From Candidatus Eiseniibacteriota bacterium (lineage in GTDB: Bacteria; Eisenbacteria; RBG-16-71-46; CAIMUX01; VGJL01), in assembly GCA_963792585.1 (NCBI GenBank), contig CAWBWI010000003.1, positions 384,001-448,000 on the forward strand: DNA of 64,000 bases, read 5' to 3'. Below are positions 59,968 through 64,000 of this stretch, piece after piece (position 1 is the stretch's first letter; each line of letters starts with the position of its first letter). A program made the position numbers and the translations under genes. Below the pieces are notes generated by a model that ran no database searches, was not told the DNA's origin, and saw only the letters and a list, made by a program, of their open reading frames with translations.

Positions 59968-62900
59968 TTACTTCAAGAGAGCCATCTTCCTCGTCTGCTG
60001 GAAGCCGGTGGTCTCGAGTCGGTAGAGATAAATGCCGCTTCCGACGTCGTGCCCTCCCTCATCCTTGCCGTCCCAGACGATCGCGCGGGCCCCGGCGCCG
60101 ACGGGACCGTCGACGAGGGAGCGCACCTTGCGACCGGAGACGTCATAGACATTGAGCGTCACGACGCCGCTGCGTGGCAGGTCGAAGCGAATCGTCGTCC
60201 GCGGGTTGAATGGATTCGGAGCCGCGGCGTGCAGCGCGTACCGCGTCGGGATCGCCCCCTCGGCCACATCGGCCGGCTCCGCATTGACGATGATCGCCAG
60301 CGGTGTTGCGTTGCCCCAATTGCCCGCGGCGTCGCGACCCCGCACCCAGAGGATGTCACCGCCGGGGTTGAGCGTCCCGCTGTCGATGCTTGCCGTCACG
60401 GGGGCGGTGGGAGTGCCGAAAGCGCCGCCCATGGCCGTTCCGGTTCCCGCGGGCGCGGGTGAGCCGCCGTGGGACCATTCGGCGTTGGTGATATTTGAGT
60501 TGCCCGTGAGGACGTCGCTGATCGACGCGGTCAGGGTGACCGGCAGGGGAACGCGCACAGGATCGGGGTTGATCCCGATCGAGCCGGCGACGACGGCAGG
60601 TCCGCGGGTATCGCCGCCCGGCCGGTTGATCGTGAAGTTCCCTGCCGAGGCGTCGGTTCCGAAGAGAACCGGCGAGCCGTTGTCGCCAACGGCGATCTTG
60701 ACCCGATACTGCACTCCGTTGGGGATCGCGTCGATGTTCCAGGAGTAGGGGCTCGCTCCGGCGGCCGCGGTGATCAGCGTCCATGTGTCGCCGCCGTTGT
60801 CGCTGTAATAGATCTTCCGCGTTGCGATCGAGAAGCCCGGCGCGGCCGACTCGGTCCAGGTCACGCTTACGGTGCTCCCTGTGAAGATCTCGCCGCCGTT
60901 GGGAGCGGTGAGGTCGGCCACGGGGTGATCACGGCCGATCAGCCAGATCAGCATCTTGTCGAGCACGTCCGCCCGTGCAACGTCGTCTTCGGCTCCGTTG
61001 TTCACGTGCGCCCACTCGAAGAAGTTGCTCGACACCTTGTTCGGGGTCCCGCCCCAGACGGAGTTGGCAGGGTTGCCGATCGGGCTGCTGCCGGTCCATC
61101 GCAGCGCGATGTCGTCGATCGTCGTATCGTTGTTCCTCCAGTCGTAGGCGAAGGTGCCGGCCCCGGCAATCCCGTCGATCTCATCGCCCGCCGCGCCGTC
61201 GCGGTGGGGTGCGTAGTTGAGGCCGCCGGTATAGGCGCCGCTGATCGGATCGCCGGCCAATCCGGTGACCGTGCTGAAGGTCGTCGGGTCGGCCTGCCAG
61301 GTGGCGTGAAGTTGCGCGTTGAACCAGTCCCGCCGCGCGACCGTGTAATCCGGCGATGTGGCGTCACTGAAGTCCCAGGCGACGTCGTGCGAGTAGACCG
61401 CCAGGCGCGAGCCGAGGCTCATGAGGCGCGCGATCGAATCACGGGCCGCATCCGAGAACACCGGATACTGCTCGAGACCCGGCTGCAGGAGGACCGCCTT
61501 GAACGACGCCATCCCGACGAGCTTGTCGCCGACGAAGGGAATCGATGCCTGATTGCCCTCCCACAGGGTGTAGCTCCATCCGGTGCGGGTGAAGGCGTTC
61601 AGATAGCGCTGCGTCTTGTCGTAGCTCGAGTCACCGATGACGAGCAGGACGTCGCGGTTGTGGCTCGTCGTGAAGGTGTAGTGATTTCCTCCATTGTCGT
61701 CCCGCACGGTATTCCCCTGGTGATCGGCCGACTCCACGTCGTAGTAGTAGGTCTGCTCGGGGAGGAGACCAAAGATCACCATGGAATGGGCGACGATCAG
61801 GGCCGGCGCGAGCGGCGTCTCGAGCCCGAGGGAGGGAGTGGTTCCGTAATAGATCTTCGAGGTCGCGGTGGCGTCGGTCGTCCAAGCGATCGTGGCGTCG
61901 CCCTCATTGGTTGCCTGGAGGTGGACGTTGGTGATCGTCGGGCCGTCGAGGTCAACCCGCGCCGTGGCGACCAGGGTCGCCACGGGGCTCGCGTCGTTGT
62001 AGGTCACGGTGATCTGGTCCCCGTTGCTGACGCTCAGGGTGCCGTTGTTCGACACGGGGTAGGTCGTGCGCAACGGAAGGCTCCCCTCGAAGACGCCGTT
62101 GGCGCCCGTCAGCGTGACCGTTTCGGTGGATGGCTCGGTCGTGCTCGTCGCCGTGACGGTGAGCGGGCCGGCCGCGTCTCCATCGATGATGCGGACGTGC
62201 ATGTCGTCGCTGCCGCTGTACGTGGCCTTGTCCAGGAGGACGACCCCTTGATCGGCCGCGAGCCCGCCGGTGATGACGAGGGCGAACGGTTGGGGGCCGA
62301 ACGGAACGTTCGCGGCCTCGATCCGGAAGGTCCAGATGCCGGTGGACGGCGTGTTGCGGCGCACGCACTCCTCGACGTTCCGATCATCCGCCGTTCCGCC
62401 CGTGATTGATTGGCCGGCGGAATAGACATTGCCCTTGTACGAGCTGACGCCGTCGTTCACGACGAGGTTCAAGTCGTTGACGAGCTGCACCGAGGCATTG
62501 GGATTGCCGGGATAGTCCGTCCACACGACGGCGGCCTTGACCGGGATCGCATTGGAGGCGATGTAGACCTGATACTCGACATACTCGCCGGTGAGGAGGC
62601 CGTCGGTGTTGTCGACGAGAACCAGCCGCCGCGCATCGCCCGCGAAATAGAGGACCTGGTCATCGTCGATCCGGCCCCAACCGATGTTGTTGTTCGGGAC
62701 CGCCGTTCCCCCGACGTCGGGGTCGGCGGAGTTGATCGCCATCGCCTTCATGAGGGCGGCGGACGGGGCGTCGACCTGGTTGCCGGGAATCGGGGCGCCG
62801 GTCGGATACCACCCTTCCCCCAAGTACTGCCGCAGAAGCACCGTCGCCCCCGCCATCGCTGGGCTCGCCATGCTCGTGCCGCTATAGGAGATGTACCCGG

Positions 62901-63999
62901 TGTCGCTCTGACCGTAGGCGGATGTGAGGGTTGCCGGCGCGCAGATCGTCGGCTTGAAACGGTTGTCATCCGTGGGGCCCCGGCTGGTCGACCCGTAGAT
63001 CTGGTTCGCCCCCGTTCCGTTCCCCGTTCCTCCCGCGGAGACGACGTTCTTGGCCGTCGCGGGCGAGCCCACGGTGTTCGGCGCGCCGTCGTTCCCGTTG
63101 GAGAAGAAGGGGAGGAAGTCCGGGTGGTTCCACATGAACTGATCGGCCGTCATGGACATGACATCGTAGGCGCCGCCGACCGCATTCCCCCAGCTGTTCG
63201 TCATGATCCTCGCAGAGCCACCGGCGTTGCCGTTGTACGGCTTGATCATGAGGTCGTTCAGATCGGGCGGGACGTAGATGCCCGCGCCGAACGCGCTGCC
63301 GCCGTCCACGAAGTAGATCTTGGAGCGGATCGCCATCCCGTCGTGCACGTCCGTGGCATTCGGGGAGTCGTCGCCGGACGTCGTGCAGTTGGTGTGGGTT
63401 CCGTGATACCCGTTGCCGGCGTCATCGCCGAAGGTGACGGTGTTGCCGGCGACGGTCGGCCAGTAGGCGATGACCTTGCGGTGGGTCGGGAAGTCGCCGA
63501 AGGCGGTGATCGGGACCGCCGCATCGTAGAACTGCTTGTGCGTCATCCGGATTCCGCTGTCGCAGTTGCCGATGACCTGTCCGTCCCCGAGAATCCCCAT
63601 GTCCCAAACGCGGCGGTTGCCGTTCGTCCAGGTCTGGACCACCCATTGGCACCTGTCGTTGTGAAGTTCCGGGGTCTTGCGCGGCTCGATCCAGGCCACG
63701 CCGTCGATCCGCGCGATCTGGGGGAGTTCCGCCATGTCGATCTCGGCGCGGATCATCCGATTGATTCCATTGTCATAGGTTTCGAAGATCGTGGCGCCGG
63801 CCACGCGCGCCTGCGCGGCGGCCTGGTCGATCGACGCGTCCGGGAACAGCAGCAGGATCATCTCCTTGCGGCCCGACTCCCGCATCTGCGGTTCGGTGCT
63901 GATCTTGTAGGCGGGCTGGTAGAAGCCGCTCCAGGAGACCCGCGCGGACGATGCGACGCGGGCGGCGGCGTCGCCGGTCAGCGAGACGAGGAATGCATA
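59968..63999 (-). CDS. Large secreted S8 peptidase (KP-43-like) with FN3/Ig-like and FlgD-like domains; 5' end outside the window
   Basis: CDSG, YHGTHT, GTSMASP, PATAKNV, PSAALMKA; the frame stays open to the window end (YAFLVSL...YQPAYKI). Confidence 0.9.
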   Translation of the reverse strand, partial: YAFLVSLTGDAAARVASSARVSWSGFYQPAYKISTEPQMRESGRKEMILLLFPDASIDQAAAQARVAGATIFETYDNGINRMIRAEIDMAELPQIARIDGVAWIEPRKTPELHNDRCQWVVQTWTNGNRRVWDMGILGDGQVIGNCDSGIRMTHKQFYDAAVPITAFGDFPTHRKVIAYWPTVAGNTVTFGDDAGNGYHGTHTNCTTSGDDSPNATDVHDGMAIRSKIYFVDGGSAFGAGIYVPPDLNDLMIKPYNGNAGGSARIMTNSWGNAVGGAYDVMSMTADQFMWNHPDFLPFFSNGNDGAPNTVGSPATAKNVVSAGGTGNGTGANQIYGSTSRGPTDDNRFKPTICAPATLTSAYGQSDTGYISYSGTSMASPAMAGATVLLRQYLGEGWYPTGAPIPGNQVDAPSAALMKAMAINSADPDVGGTAVPNNNIGWGRIDDDQVLYFAGDARRLVLVDNTDGLLTGEYVEYQVYIASNAIPVKAAVVWTDYPGNPNASVQLVNDLNLVVNDGVSSYKGNVYSAGQSITGGTADDRNVEECVRRNTPSTGIWTFRIEAANVPFGPQPFALVITGGLAADQGVVLLDKATYSGSDDMHVRIIDGDAAGPLTVTATSTTEPSTETVTLTGANGVFEGSLPLRTTYPVSNNGTLSVSNGDQITVTYNDASPVATLVATARVDLDGPTITNVHLQATNEGDATIAWTTDATATSKIYYGTTPSLGLETPLAPALIVAHSMVIFGLLPEQTYYYDVESADHQGNTVRDDNGGNHYTFTTSHNRDVLLVIGDSSYDKTQRYLNAFTRTGWSYTLWEGNQASIPFVGDKLVGMASFKAVLLQPGLEQYPVFSDAARDSIARLMSLGSRLAVYSHDVAWDFSDATSPDYTVARRDWFNAQLHATWQADPTTFSTVTGLAGDPISGAYTGGLNYAPHRDGAAGDEIDGIAGAGTFAYDWRNNDTTIDDIALRWTGSSPIGNPANSVWGGTPNKVSSNFFEWAHVNNGAEDDVARADVLDKMLIWLIGRDHPVADLTAPNGGEIFTGSTVSVTWTESAAPGFSIATRKIYYSDNGGDTWTLITAAAGASPYSWNIDAIPNGVQYRVKIAVGDNGSPVLFGTDASAGNFTINRPGGDTRGPAVVAGSIGINPDPVRVPLPVTLTASISDVLTGNSNITNAEWSHGGSPAPAGTGTAMGGAFGTPTAPVTASIDSGTLNPGGDILWVRGRDAAGNWGNATPLAIIVNAEPADVAEGAIPTRYALHAAAPNPFNPRTTIRFDLPRSGVVTLNVYDVSGRKVRSLVDGPVGAGARAIVWDGKDEGGHDVGSGIYLYRLETTGFQQTRKMALLK

Positions 64000-64000
64000 G

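Noticed and set aside
6114..62409. Many long antisense or alternate-frame ORFs (for example 6114-8150, 9837-11777, 12496-14826, 34356-36227, 60925-62409)
   Set aside because: They are shadow ORFs of real genes in GC-rich DNA, Arg/Pro/Gly-rich and without recognisable motifs.

Overview
A GC-rich bacterial window with many secreted proteins that end in FlgD-Ig-like or TWGxxKxxYR C-terminal tails. This content suggests an FCB-group candidate phylum such as Eisenbacteria or Krumholzibacteria (inference only). Ordinary content: the glgX 3' end, a MacAB/LolCDE-type ABC exporter, an acs-ACP-kbl cluster, an acylating aldehyde dehydrogenase, M42/C10/S8 peptidases, ECF and sigma54 regulatory modules, lysAC and a LytS/LytTR system. 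The standout locus is 19.9-32.3 kb. A sigma70-like promoter precedes a tRNA gene with the rare anticodon UAU (reads AUA), an Arg-like body and a ~229-nt structured insertion in its D-loop. Four overlapping genes follow: two SAM methyltransferases, a LeuRS paralog with a rewritten amino-acid pocket and no intact editing domain, and a nicotianamine-synthase-like enzyme. Next come seven tandem secreted paralogs, each with an in-frame ATA codon just before the C-terminal TTWGAVKxLYR tail and a nearly invariant RNA-level block 3' of it. The hypothesis is a dedicated AUA-recoding (genetic-code-expansion) system that makes a non-canonical amino acid, charges it on a special tRNA and inserts it into these proteins. 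The parts are seen in the sequence; the function is inferred. No database searches or folding programs were run.
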